Origin: Antedon mediterranea
Taxonomy: Eukaryota > Animalia > Echinodermata
NCBI RefSeq assembly: GCF_964355755.1
Contig: NC_092670.1
Span: 37,188,388-37,252,387, forward strand
Direction of reading: 5' to 3'
DNA length: 64,000 nt
Under the pieces are notes generated by a model that was given only the letters and a program-made list of their open reading frames with translations, ran no database searches and had not been told where the DNA came from. Shown here in pieces: positions 26,855 to 40,985 of this stretch. The translations under genes were made by a program, and so were the position numbers. Position 1 is the stretch's first letter. Each line of letters starts with the position of its first letter.

Positions 26855-27110
26855 TTTTATACGCATCCAGCCAGCGAGTAGCTCGCCAATTACAGGATGG
26901 ATAAACTATTCATAATTTATCGTGCTTATAAAATAAGTCTCATTTGGAGCTTAGGGAGTGGAGTTAAAAGAGTCGTGTGTTACAGTACAACCCTGGCACT
27001 GGGTTGGGAGTGAACCCTGGACGTTGGGACTTGAAGGAAAGCATGTTCCACCAAACTACAGCCCAATACTATTACTACTGTAACCACCAAGCTACAGTAC
27101 AGCTCTCCAC
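26855..27110 (-). mobile_element. tRNA-derived SINE family B
   Basis: Reverse-complement match to the copy at 45923-46140. Confidence 0.78.
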
Positions 27111-27493
27111 TACACTACATGTATTTCTGATGATACTGTAGGAAATGATATTAAAATGGTTATCCCGTACTGTACACACTGTATGCATCTCCAACACATA
27201 CTGTGTTTGAGAGAAAATATGGATTCTTTGTAAAAAAAGTTAAGTTTTAATCGTGGATGTACGACCCAAAATAAGTAAGTGCCAACTTTAATGCTGAAAG
27301 TGAGAACACTATTAAGTTTCAATTAGCAAGATTCTAACTTTGATTATCAAGACCGAAGATCAATTGAAGACAGGCGATGACATGTATCCATTTGCTTGCT
27401 ACAAACAAGATATATTGCTACAGTATAATTGCTACAGTACACTGCTGAAAAAATACGGACATGGGAAGGAATAAAGCCCATCAGTACTTGAGT

Positions 27494-27520
27494 GAATGAA
27501 TGAATGAATGAATGAATGAA
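27494..27520. repeat. (GAAT)n microsatellite
   Basis: About 6-7 GAAT units. Confidence 0.9.
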
Positions 27521-29019
27521 GGAGTATTGTATTGTAGCATTAGCAGAAGGTACAATCTATTGGACATACTCTAACCAAATAAAACATTTCAACACATCAT
27601 AACAACAGTGACAGCTCTATTACTGATAGACCTTCATTTGCCTTGAGGTCATAACCCTAAACATAAGATTGAAAATAAAATTACTTTTATGTCAAATTGA
27701 AATGTGTAGCAAGTGTTAAGGACAGATTGATGCGCTTTCATGCGATTGCGTGATAAGAACCGAAGCAGATCTATCGGTATTTCATTATCGCTACATGGCT
27801 TTTATTTCCTGTTGCACGATCAAGTTTCATAGTACTTTTGCAGATAATTTATAATGATATTTGAATACTAGTTTTATTTTGTTAGTTTGTTTGGTTTTTG
27901 TTGAAAACAAGTCGAAACGTCGCACATGTACGTATGAATTATATACAGATAATATATTTGGTTTTATTCATAAGTGTCTCAAAATAGAGTAGAAACCCCT
28001 CCCTCATTTGGGACACCTATTAAGTTGATGTTTTCCTGTGAAAACGAATCAGGAGAAATTACACTATACAGTTGACCCTTATTCAGAAACCCCCCCCCCC
28101 TTCCCCCCTCCTATTAATATTAATAAGACAATTCATGGGGGACAACCAAATTTCAGATACTGTAATCTGAAAAATGTTTTTATCAGTTTTCATCTGTGAA
28201 GCTCATTTAAACTTTGAATTTCCCAAAAAATTCTTCGTCTTTCAATTAATTCGTTTTTTTTAAGTCTGTAAATTTCATCTGCAAAATGGTCACACTCGGT
28301 TATATTTCTACCTCATGATACTTTCATTTCCTTTAAATTGTTTGATTTGATTAAATTAAAGGCGCATAGTAGTAAAAAAAGAGAAAAGTACATGGTATTA
28401 AATTTAAAGATCGTAAAATGCACACAAAACTACCTTTGCTTCATATTTCATAAAAAACATGACTAGGAAAAATGTAGTGCAAAATTACAGTACTTGTCTT
28501 TTACTTCTAATCAATTATTACTGTAGTTAACTGTTAATAAAACTTTATGAAAATTGTCTATTACAAACCTTTACCATGAAATATAATTTTGGAAATGTTG
28601 CTGAAAGTACTCCTTCTTTTATAAGGGCGTGCTTCCACATGCCTTCCACTTTGCTGTATGCTACTTGAAATATCAAACTTGTATTACAATATAAGATGAA
28701 ATAAACATGCAATTAAAAAACCCAAAAGAAAGATAGAATTAGGTAACATACTGTATGTAAAAATGTCATTTCCATTATCCACAGGGATCATCTTGAAAAA
28801 TGTAACTGTTAACAGAAATATAATGCTATAAAAATAATTTGACTGGACCAGGTTATAAATAGATTAAATGAATTTCAATCGATTTTAGATAGAAACTAAT
28901 AATATGTTAAAATTAGATACTTGTATACATGTGAGAAAATGAAAGTAATTGGTGGAATAGTGTACAACAATTATCCACTTAGTAGAATATCAACTTTTGG
29001 TTTAAATATCTAAAACTTA

Positions 29020-30158
29020 AACTCTGTCTACACTATCAAACTAGTTTGACAAAAACATGGTAATGATATGCCCAAATATAGTAGTGATATGCCCAAATAT
29101 AGTAGTGATCTATGCTCACGCTACCCATTCGCGTTTTCGCAAATTGCGATTGGAGTTGTCAATTTTCGAGAAAAAAAAATTATAGCATTCGCAAAACTTG
29201 CGAAAATAATTTTTCCTTAAAAACTCAAACTTTGTCCGCTTAGTTTAGGCTTCAAATTCTAAAGTTTTATGTAAACCACGACTTCGCCGCCGCCGCCAGC
29301 CAATAATACGTGACAGCGATGTAGCGTTACTTGCTATCAGTGACGTTTTTTTCGCGTCACTCGAACAAATTAAAACGAGTTTTCCGTTAGGAGGCTTATT
29401 ATATTGTACAGGCGAGTAGTTTTTAATCGCGTTATCTGTAAATGTACACGCGGCCGACTAAGGAGAATTTATTTTATGAATAGACATGCGCAGTAATTGT
29501 AATTACGAACAAACAAACAAACTGCGCATGTGTATAGATGAAAACATCGCGCAATACAAACATGCTGCATGGACATTCCGCGTCGTAGTTCGTTTGTGGT
29601 GTGTTACGATGTTTTCGCGAGTGAATAAGAAGCATATAAAACACAAACGAAAACTATTTATTATTTTATATTGTTTGTGATGAAAAACTTTATCCAGGCA
29701 GGCTGCATTGCCGATAATTGATAGAGGCCTGACGCCGATAATACATGACTCGGCTGTGGCATAGTCAACCGTTGAATAGGCCTCCTATAGGCTATGGCCG
29801 TGGCGACTGGTATCGCGTCAGGCCGGTGAGGCTGCAGTAGATAGGCCTAACATATTTTAATGCGGTCATGTTTTATTTGTATTTTAATCACAAATTTTGA
29901 ATGAATAAAGATAAAAACAATACAAGACAACAATCTATATATTTATTTGATGTATCTACCAAAAAATTTAGCCATTTTCATAGTTTTAAAATTTGCTAAA
30001 GAATTTTCAATTTTGCAAAAAAAAATCGGCGACCTTTTGCAAATTTTGCAAAAGAAAATTTGACCTTAGCGTGAGCGTAGGTGATATGACATCATCATAT
30101 CCATTATGGGCACATCACATTTTTTTTATTTTTAAAGTTTGATAGTGTAGACAGAGCT
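29020..30158 (+). mobile_element. MITE family A, split by a nested insertion
   Basis: Left half 29020-29109 and right half 30081-30158; TTA TSD. Confidence 0.88.
29110..30080. mobile_element. Non-autonomous DNA transposon with 14-bp TIRs and a 5-bp TSD
   Basis: GTGAT|CTATGCTCACGCTA ... TAGCGTGAGCGTAG|GTGAT; CpG-rich; subterminal TTTGCGAAAA/TTTTGCAAAA repeats. Confidence 0.88.
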
Positions 30159-33100
30159 TTACAGTACCACTTTTGATAAACTACTACTAAAAGGTTGTTT
30201 ATTTGGAATGTTTAGCGAGAATCATTACTAAATACATGGTTAACCTAATTATTACACTTTAAAGTATTTAATTTACAGTATGTCCTCTGAACTTGCATTT
30301 TCATATTAATGTAGCTGCACAAATTAAATATATTTATTATATATTCTTATAAAGTACATTGTTACAAATGTTATCATGTAAAAATCTATCACAATTCAGT
30401 TTTACTGTGAAAATGATTTTAATGAATCTACCATATGAATGAATGAATATTATCATTTTTAATTTAATTGGAAAAATATCTCATCATCATGCATCGAGCT
30501 TCTCTCTCATTCGGAGTTAAATACTATGTTTAATAAAACATATCAGTGCGTCTACGGTATTAGTTTTTGTGTATACTTTTAGTACTCATTTTCCAGGGCA
30601 CTGGATTTGAAATATCTTTTACAGTTATTAGAGATATCTTTCCAAATCTGAATTTACACTTCACAATTAATTAGATTTCAAGTGCAGAAGAGAAATTGTG
30701 ATCTTTGTCAAGTATAAGATTTCTTTGCCTTTGTTTCCGTGTTTTTGTAACATTCATTGAATACTTTTATTGTGTTTTTAATAAGGCTCATTTAAGCAGA
30801 AGAATCGTACCATAAACATGACCCTTTTCAGCCTGCAAGCGTGTAAAGTTTCTTTACACTTTTAAACAGGGAACCTCTCTGTTTTGTGATTTGTGGAGAT
30901 TAAATTTTGAGTGAACAATTTTTTTCAGAATTTATTAATCAACTCTTACTTTAGTTATTCTATTAATTTTATTCATGTTAAATGAATTTACAGTAGTACG
31001 AGTATGTGTTATACAAATAGTATATTTTAGACATAGTCCAGGAACAAACATTTACGGTATACAGTATTCTCGGGTACAGCTTAATCCCACTGTCTTCGGG
31101 TCTAATCCCACCCCCTATTGTATGCCTACAAACAGGCATATCCCCGGGTATAGTCCCAGGTCCCAGTATTGACTTTTGGTCTGGATGTACTGTAGGGTCT
31201 CTCTAGTCAGTTCAGATGAGTTTTTTAAAGAAATGCTTACCATACCAATCATTTTTTTTCCTGAACTAGACTTTCACCTGATATCAGTCCCATCCTCCAA
31301 GTCAGCCCAATTTTGTGTTCTAGGGGGTAAGATTATACCAGTCGGTAATTATAATTTAATATATTTATTTTGTCAAGTAAATTAGCACTAGCATTACCGC
31401 TATACCATAAATCACCAATCAGAATGCGTGGTTTTTGATGGGCAGTGATGTATGTTGCGTTCATGTTTCCGTAACGCTTTACAGAATGAGGCCATGCCTT
31501 CTGTTGTGCACTATCAGTCGTTAATAAAAGGTACATTTGTTTCACAGTGATTGATCTCACCGTATGCCAGCCTAGCTTAAATAATGCGCTGGCTGGCAGG
31601 CAGGGCTTTATCCCTGTGGAAAACATGACTGGATGTTCTAGTTCACTACCATCATATATAGGTCTGCTGCATTTGGCTGGGGTTAGAGTACTAAATGATG
31701 AGCACTACATGTTCAGTCATTGTGTCTCGTATTACATTGAGAAAAATCATAACTCAATTTTATCACTATATGAGTGCAATGCCATCAATTCAATTCATGA
31801 AAATAATTTTTTATCAATACTATATTTTTTACACTATTCAATTAACAGGAAAAGAAATTAATGAGAAATAATGATAGTATCTGAATGAAGCACCGATAAG
31901 CAAATCCAATCAACAATTAAAAAGTGCATTTTCATATCGCTTTCAGTTTGGTCTTGCGGGTGCCATTAAATCGATAAAAACATAATGCGAGATATACACG
32001 CGTTTACTCCTGAACCGGCAACATGCACTCGCTCGGCAACAGCATATGATTAAACATTCAGTACCGTCATTGTTACAGTAATGAATAAAATAATTGATGG
32101 ATATAGGTATTCGCTAGAACACTGGTGCCATGTTAATAATTTAGCTAGATTAATTTACATAATACTGTGCATAACATAAAGAAATTAGGCGAGCTGAGTA
32201 AAGCAGTTAGGATATCAATTTGCAAAACGTAATCTTATATTTTATTAAATGCAATTACATTACAAAGAAAAATATTGCTAAAAAGTTAATAGAAAAAATT
32301 AAATAATAACATTTTATATTTAAGAAATGTTGTTAATTATAATTTTTAATGTAATATAAAAAAAATAAATGGGAACAGATTAATATTGAAAACACTCTGC
32401 AAAAAAGATTTCACCAATTCTAAAAACATACATTTTTTTAGGCACACCTCCATGATTTAGAGCAGGTAGCATACTTAATTATGAATTATATAGCACTAAG
32501 ACTAGCTACTGTATGCTTCCCATAATTTTTTCATTACCATTAAAAATTAAAAAAAATGTTTTAAATAAAACTTTTGTGTTGTAACGTGTATTACTATTTG
32601 GTCCAATGGTCCAATGGTCCAACCAGCACAATACACAGTAGTGTACAGAATTAAATCAATTCTGAGGTTCTTTATTTACTATAAGTTGAATATAAAAGAC
32701 TTTAGTGTAAAAATTTAAGACTTTTGTGTCGGTATTATTATACTTCATTTTTTTGTTTGCACAGCTAAGCTTGTGAAGGTTATTTTCATTTGTTCCTGTA
32801 GTACTGTAGTAGCAGAAAGATGAATAACTTAGCTATAGTGACTCACTGTTTTAATTTTGACCTTGCCATTCTCAGTAATTCTTAATGTTTTATTAATGTA
32901 CAGTAATGCTCTTTTTTTGTATTGTATTGATATCTTTAAACTGGCCGGATACTAAATTTCCCTAACGGCATACAATATGGGAAGGAGAAGGCATACAGTA
33001 CAGTACTTGTTACCAACCTGCCCCACCCCCTCCCCCCTCTCCCCCCCTCCCCCCTCTCCCCTCTCCCAAGAGATGGTCAGTATAGTTAATTTCACCACTT

Positions 33101-36100
33101 CATGTACTATAGGTCCTGGGTATTCCTCCACTATTTCAAAACCCTGCGTCTGCCTCTTAATGAAAAATTGTTAATCAACATATAATATAAAATTCTAGTT
33201 GTTTTCATTTCGCTATAAGTTATTAGAAATCCCGCGTTTGCACCACTATGCGATAAATACTCAACCAGTTGAGAATATAATCCATGCTGGAATTGAACCA
33301 AGAACCTTGAGAATGCGCGACACCCATCATATAACATCACCACATGGGGTAGATTATCATATTTTATACATTATATTTGGGTGGTTGCCAGGTTATTCTC
33401 AATATTGTGCCAACTTTCAGAATTGTAAACATTAAAAAATATACTCTAAGACTTTTGAAATGGCAATGCTTTTAATTATCTATGGTTTTATGGGATGTAC
33501 TATAGCCTACATCAATACAACTTGTATGCAATGTTAAATAGTTATTGGTTGCTGGCGCAGGTCATACATTTTTAGAGTATGCCTACTGTGAGAAACCATT
33601 TTTTTCACATTCTTGGTACCCCTCCCTTCCCCATCCCCATTCCCATTCCCAAAGCGTTCTTTATAACGTTCGTAAATATTCTTGTTTTGAAGGACATAGA
33701 TAAGACTACTGTAGGCAACTTGGTCAAATACACTCTGACTGGATGGAACAAATTGATCGGTACAGTAATGCAGTGCGTCTGACCAGCATTTTGTAAAATA
33801 TTTTCCGCAGTAAAATAATAAAATGGTTGATTTTGGTTCTTTTTTTCACAAGATTAGATTTCTTGAAAAGGAAGGGGGTGGCTCCCCTGGTCCTGGCCAA
33901 ATCTTAAAACGGCAAAGCTTTTAATCAGACTATCGGCTGATGTGTAATAATAACATCTGATTCATGCCATCCTATCTCTTTGATCTCCATGGCAATGTTT
34001 CAAGCTGCAAATTGTTTGAAGGTCAACGTAAAAGTACACACAAAAATGTACATGCCGCTGTTGTACATAGCACCTTACTGTGTAGCAAAGCTATCTAACA
34101 AAATATCTCACTGCCGACAACAAATGGCGTTCTAAATAGGTATGTTCACTCAAATTAAAAAGCAAATATAGTAGTTCACTGGACTTTGTCAATAGTTTTA
34201 TCATAAATAATGCCCTGTTACACTTTTGTGATAATGATTTGATAGAGGAATAAAGCAATCCTTTGATCTATACTTTATATATAGGTATTATTTTGGAATT
34301 TATCATCAGGTATGTCATTTTGAGACTATTTCTGTCAAACATACACATTTTGAAATTCATGTGTACAGTATTAGTTTGCTTGAGACTATACAAAATATCA
34401 TATCTAGACTAGTGGAAAATAATTGAAAATAAATGAAAAATGTTCATTTTTTTATAGAAAATATGTTACAATAAAAACAATATTATCAACAGTGTACAGT
34501 ATACCTTTAAAATATTAAATTATCACTCTGTGTATGGCAATTAGTAAACAAGATATTACATTACTATAGTATTTATCAATAGTGTGTTAAATCATCCATT
34601 AAAATTAACAACAAGCTCTGTACGGAAATAAAAAACATGTTATTTCATTATTAATGCATAGTACATGCCAGCGAATTTTACAATGCATTCCACAACCCAG
34701 AATGGGGTCTATGAAATATACAGTGTGACACCAATTCTCCTGTCCGTGCCACTAACCCAGATTCTAAAATAATTTAATTTGAATGTCTGTTAATATGCTT
34801 ATGTTCTGAAATTTCATTAGCTCTCCCATGTCACATAAGACTTACTGTACAGTGATCAGTTCAGCTCTCGCAATGCTAAATTATCCACTGGTAATCCAAA
34901 TATGGTTTTGTCACATGACTTTTGTATAAGCTGGATGAATGTTACAAGATATGAATGCATTATGATAATTAGCATGTCCAGGTAAATAGGCACATTCATT
35001 TTCATCTGCAAACAACAAATACATTACATAGTTGAGTGTCGTTTGGCCAGTTTGATATGAATAAATTATGATAATTAGCATGTCCAGGTGTAGGCAGATA
35101 CATTTTCAACTAAAGTCAACAAAAAATCATAGCCAGGGCCAGTTTGGCAAATTTGAACTTTGATATGAATAAATTATGAATAAAAATCCAGTGGTGTAAG
35201 AAATAATGGCTTGTTATCATTTGTACAGTATAATAAAGGAAAAACAAATTAATTATTGATTGTCGTTAAATGTTGAGACATTTACTGTACATTTAATCAG
35301 AGCTTAATAAAATACTTTTAAAATATAAAAAAAAAATTAATGCTATGAATATGAATTTAAATACATTTTACAGTTTACAAAGCTTTTATTAAAATAAAAA
35401 TTCATTCCTGTCATATTATGTATGTTGTATATGATCGAGCTTTTGCAGTTGCAGCTCCAACTGTACACTGTGGAACAATCCTGATCCTATTAAAAATGCA
35501 TCCTCTATCATAGTTTTCAAAACACTCTTAAAACCCCAACTTTTTTCTTTGTAATTTCTTTCTGATTTTTCTCTCAGCGCTTCGGGAAAATCTTTTGATT
35601 TTGTATAAGCACTTTATAAATCGAACAACATTACATTATGTTAACATAGTTGGTAGTAATCATGTAGTCCAATTAAAATAATTACAGAAAATGAATACAT
35701 TATGCTAATTAGGTTGTACAGGTGAACGGAAATGAATTGTCTGTGGATTTCTTCTAGTGAATATGTATTGATTAGTCTGCACTTTATCTTTGGAATATTA
35801 CTTAAACAATACTGTAGCTCTTTTAAGATATCAACGTACAGAACAGTAGATGAATGAATACAGACAAAACACCTGTCTTAATACACAATTAACCATCTCT
35901 ACAGTATATTGTACTTTTGTTAAATCCAATATTATATATTGTTAGTTACAATATCTGCAAAATGTTATATCATAAAAATTAACTAACTAAACTAACTAAC
36001 AGGGAAGAGTACAGGTCATATTCATAATGAGACCAATACAGTACAATTGAATACATTAAAAACGCTTTTCAAAATGTGTACATTTAACTAAGCCAAAATG

Positions 36101-36167
36101 ATTGACAACATAACTAACAGGGAAGAGTACAGGTCATATTCATAATGAGATCATTTTACATTAAATA

Positions 36168-36735
36168 CATTCATTCATTCAGGCTTATCGCCTGACTTTA
36201 TTTACTTTAGGCCTCTGGCCCCTAGTAATTAACAAAATAATAATTACATTGAAAAATAAAGCAATTTATGGTCACAAGATAAATGAATTAATTAATTTCG
36301 TTCTCTAAGCAAAACATATATCTTAACTTATAAGCATGATAAATATATTTAGATAGATTATCAATAATTATTGGATCCTGTGATAACATTAAACGGCAGA
36401 ATTTAAAAGTATTTGGATTTTCAAAAAATAAAGAAGGTATAAATTTCTTTCTTGATTTCCTTGTAACGAGAGCAAACTGTAACAAAATGATATTCATCTT
36501 CAACTTCATTTATATTACATATTTTACATAACCTATTGCTGCGCTCTATTCTTTTCCATCTTCCCCTTTCTACCTCTATAGTTGAAGTGTGCCCAGTCTT
36601 AGTTGACTTAAAGCTCGCTTATATCTAGTATCAAGGCTGGGTCTGTAGTAAGTATCCATCTACTAATCTATTGAACATTTTATAGTATCTTAATTTTGAA
36701 GAAATATTTATGCTTTCAAGAAAGGATTGTAGGAA
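36168..36735 (-). mobile_element. 3' fragment of an RTE-X-like LINE with C-terminal Zn knuckle
   Basis: Minus frames (with frameshifts) RALSQLRLGTLQL/EVERGRWKRIERSNRLCKICNINEVEDEYHF/...RKKFIPSLFFENPNTFKFCRLM...LSKYIYHAYKLR; (GAAT)n tail; interrupts a ~119-bp local duplication. Confidence 0.8.
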
Positions 36736-36853
36736 ATACAGTAAAACGCTTTTCAAAATGTGTACATTAAACTAAGCCAAAACAATTGACAACATAAAAA
36801 ACTAATTGAATTGTGATTCTCAAAGTTCAGCAAAAGTTGATCAACTGTACAAT

Positions 36854-37189
36854 GGCTACGGTCACACTACTGCATCAAGTCTGGCGCGACTCACTGCAAT
36901 CAAGATTTTCGTAGTGTGACCCAACGTGGATCGACTTGCGCCTGCCTTGAAATCCATCTCAATCCAGGCAACTCAACCCAGGCAAGCTACCCACATTGAC
37001 CCCGGATTGACACTGTTGTGACCTGGATCCGGGGGACAACCCAACCAAGCTACCCAGATTGACACTGTCGTGACCTGGACCTAGAGTTCAACCCAACCAA
37101 TTTGAATAGTGTGACTGCCCAATAAACTCAAGCTTGGCTTGAAATCTCGATCATGGGGAGTCGCGCCAGGCTGTAGTGTGACCGTAGCC
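36854..37189. mobile_element. Harbinger/ISL2EU-like MITE
   Basis: TIRs GGCTACGGTCACACTAC / GTAGTGTGACCGTAGCC; inner CTGGCGCGACTC / GAGTCGCGCCAG; AAT/AGT flanks. Confidence 0.82.
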
Positions 37190-38502
37190 AGTAGCTCCTA
37201 GGCTACAAGTATTAATTTTTCAGATACGCCAAAGCTTAATTAATCCATATTGAAACCGCTTTTGTCGCATTCATTTAGTAACAATTACCCAGTGAAAAAC
37301 ATTGATAATGCATTCATATTTCTTAATATAAAAGAAGACTAAAGTATTATTTATCATGTTAGTTAATCCAAAGGAACATGACATCAGTTTAATGTGCTTT
37401 TGACAGCGTGTCAGACATTGAGACGTCGGGATGTTTTTTATCGTTCACTGTAATAAGTAACACAATTGGTAAATATGATATCACTTTACATGACACTTAA
37501 CTTTTATGAGCAAAGTTGTGCTCTTTCTATTTTAATAATAATAATAATATTTGTGGATTTACAAAGTAATTACACAATAAGTTTTGTCAAAACAAGCACT
37601 GTACAGAATATGATCATTTTGAAAACTATAAAGTAAAAATTGCTAATGCTACTGTACAAACATGCAGTACAATCAATTCAATCTCATCTGGTGATGAAAA
37701 AACAATAAACTGAAAAAATTCGATTTTAAAAACTGGCTATGTTAGCTAATAATAATACTATAATAATAGTTAGTTAATAATAGACTGGCCTACTTACTAG
37801 ACATAAACAACAGCACTGATCCTGGTGGGGGACGAGGAGGACATATCCACCTATTTTTTAGTAGAGCGGGGGTCACTTTTTGACTTTTTGACTCTTTCTT
37901 ACCTAAACCTCCCACATACAGTACAACCATCAGGTCCGATGCATTAGATCGTTCACCCTTCCCAAAGGTCAGACCACAACGCACAAAAAACTTCATTACT
38001 TTCCACAGAGTTTTCAATGATTGGTGAATGATCAGGAACTGAGTTATGATAAGCAAATTGTGAAGCCCTTTTGGTTTGTGTTACTGGATGTACTATGATG
38101 ACCATTGAAAGACTGATTTGTGGACTATGATATATTTTAGTAACTTTGTTTGGTTTGTGTTATGTTTGGTTGATAAATTGTTTACTTGATGCAATAAAAG
38201 GAAATAAATAATAAATAAAAATGATAAGAAAAGAATTTGTTATACAGTATGATTTGCTTTGTTTTCCAGCCATCCATTCCAGGTGTAATATTATTGTATT
38301 GTTGTAAACAATGTAATTCTTTGCAAGTAACTTTATACACAATGTGTGCGTAATAAAATAAAAATAGGTGACTCAAAAAAAAAAAATTAAGATGACATGA
38401 GCCAGTGTTCAGAGACATTGATCAAGATAGGATCACCCATATGTAGAAAGTATAGAAGAAGGATCAGTTTATGAAATGCACAATATACAGTAATAGATCT
38501 AT

Positions 38503-40084
38503 ACTAGACATGTAACTCGTCACTCTGACGAGTTAGTTATCCGCACGACAAACGCCACGTGCACGTGATACGTTAGAATATTGCACACAGAAAAAGATTA
38601 TGGCATTATGACCTGAACTGAAGAATATGATATGTTGTTATTGCTGAATTCTGTTATTTTGTGTCATATAGTATATACAATATAATCTGTATACATATTA
38701 CATACAGTGTAGAATAGGTGAAATTACGAGACCCCCCGTTTATTCCTATTTTTAACATGGCGACGGTATCAAGATGAAACACTAAGATAGCAATTTCGGG
38801 AGAAAATTATCTCAGTAACAACATATTAACGTGTAGAAGAAATTCGAATACGTAAAATATTGATGCGCGCTCTTTTAAATGTAATAAATTATTACGCAAA
38901 AGATGAAAATACGACTTTTTTTATTTAACTGGTCATATGATGACGTCACAACATCCGATTGGCAAAATGTTTAAATGAATTCGTATCTACAATCCAATAG
39001 CTTCCAGAAAACGTTTTAATCATGATTATCACGTTTTATTCTGACGAGCTATAACAGATTGAAATTTACTGTAAGGACGAAAATAAGTGACCCACGTTAT
39101 TTACATTTTTAGACATGATGACGTCATAAATATTAAAATATTTTTAACTCATACGAAAGATAGTTGATTGACCTAGATAATATAAAAATCGGGGTAAAAA
39201 TGGAAAACAGATAATTGGAAATGCGCTCTATTAAATGTCATGCGCTATGATTAAAGATACAAAAATCCTATATTTTATATTCGCGTGGGCATACGGTGAC
39301 GTCACAATGTCCGGTTAGCCATATTAATGCATGATTCAAAATCTACAATTCATCAACTTTCAGAATATGCAATAAAAATAACTTTCACCGTTTAGTTTAG
39401 GAACTATAACTGTTTAAAAAAGGGCATAATTTTGACAAATTTTGACGACTTTTTGAACTTTTTCATCAAAAATGCACGTAAATTATCCAATTCGACGTGC
39501 CCGTATGACGTAATTTTAAGTCGAAATTGTTCAAAAGTTGGTAAAATTACTAGAAAAGGCTGGAAAAACATAAATCACGCGAAAAAAATGGTTTTCAACG
39601 CTACGTGCGCACCGCACGCGTAAAAAAATGCGCGTACGTGGGAATTTTTTACATGCTCAAAATGACATGAAACGCGTAGAAAGTTGATTAGAAATTGATT
39701 TTTCGCATTTTGAAATTTTAAACGCGCGTGCGCGCGTAACTTCCTGTGAAACATGCCAATTTTTTTTCACATTCTGTTAGCGCAAGATATCAATTAAACT
39801 TTCGTTAAGTTTCAATTTAAATTGCTATATGGTTTTCAATCTATGTTAAAAATGCGAAATTCGTAAAAACGCGCGTAAGTCATGTTGCGCAACTCTGACG
39901 TCATTCAAAAATAGGAGGTGCACAACTTCACCTGAATGCCCTCATGCTGACAAAGTTATAACATGTTATGTTTACACGTTTTTGAGATACGCGAGACACA
40001 AAAATAGAGGAGAAAGAAAGAAAAAAAAAAAAAAGTAACAGGACAGTTACAAGGAGTTATCCGCTGAATGCGGATAACTAATAA
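38503..40084 (-). mobile_element. Helentron-associated (HINE/DINE-1-like) non-autonomous element
   Basis: Read on the minus strand: 5' TTAGTTATCCGC subTIR with adjacent inverted copy, matching 3' subTIR GCGGATAACTAA, then hairpin ACTCGTCA-GAG-TGACGAGT and CTAG|T; many TGACGTCA motifs; CpG-rich. Confidence 0.83.
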
Positions 40085-40615
40085 AGCCTACATTATAATA
40101 TAGTTTTACATGTCTATACAGCACCTTGTAATTTTATTTTCCTGGTTATTAGAACGAAACATATGTTCATTTTAAGTTTTAATTACCATTTTGTAGTGTT
40201 TTTGTAGCAAGAAAACCTTTTGTAAGTTTTAAGTTTACAATTCATAAAATGTTACTACCAAATTATCTTTGTGTAAAATCATTATTAGATGAACTGGGTG
40301 CTATTAAATTATATATTGTTTATACTGTTCATGAAACAACAGGCTGAAATGAGTAGATGGTACAGTATACATCAAGTACTTTGAATATTACTGTAACTTG
40401 GGATACAATACTGTGTGTAAAAGAACCAGTTGAGTAACTTCTCTCTTCTCCGTCCATCTGTCTGTCTGCAGCCTGATAAAATTATATTTAAAATAGTCTT
40501 TTATGATACCATATTATAATGCTTATATTTTCTATCTATTAATTTTTTACAAAAATAAATTGAAAAATTGAAAATCTCAAAATTCTATTTTGTTTTTGAT
40601 TTTATAAAATGGAAT

Positions 40616-40985
40616 GGAGCTGTACTGTAGTTTGGAGGTAAAGATGCTTTTTTTTTAAAAATCCCAAATTCCATGGTTGAATCCTGACCTAGTGCCATAG
40701 TTTATACCTCATGAAATATGTTACTTCACTCCCTAAGCTCATGGAACATGAGACCTCATGAAATGTGTTACTTCACTCCCTAAGCTCATGGAACATGAGA
40801 CCTCATGAAATGTGTTACTTCACTCCCTAAGCCCATGGAACATGAGACCTCATGAAATGTGTTACTTCACTCCCTAAGCTCATGGAACATGAGACCTCAT
40901 GAAATGTGTTACTTCACTCCCTAAGCTCATGAAACATGAGTTATATTAAAGCATAATATACTGTCCAGTAGTTTATCCATCCATA
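40616..40985 (+). mobile_element. Degenerate SINE family B copy hosting a minisatellite
   Basis: Head GGAGCTG..TAGTTTGGAGGTAAA...GGTTGAATCCTG and tail GTTTATCCATCC match family B. Confidence 0.6.
40706..40940. repeat. 47-bp minisatellite, 5 copies
   Basis: ACCTCATGAAATGTGTTACTTCACTCCCTAAGCTCATGGAACATGAG. Confidence 0.95.
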
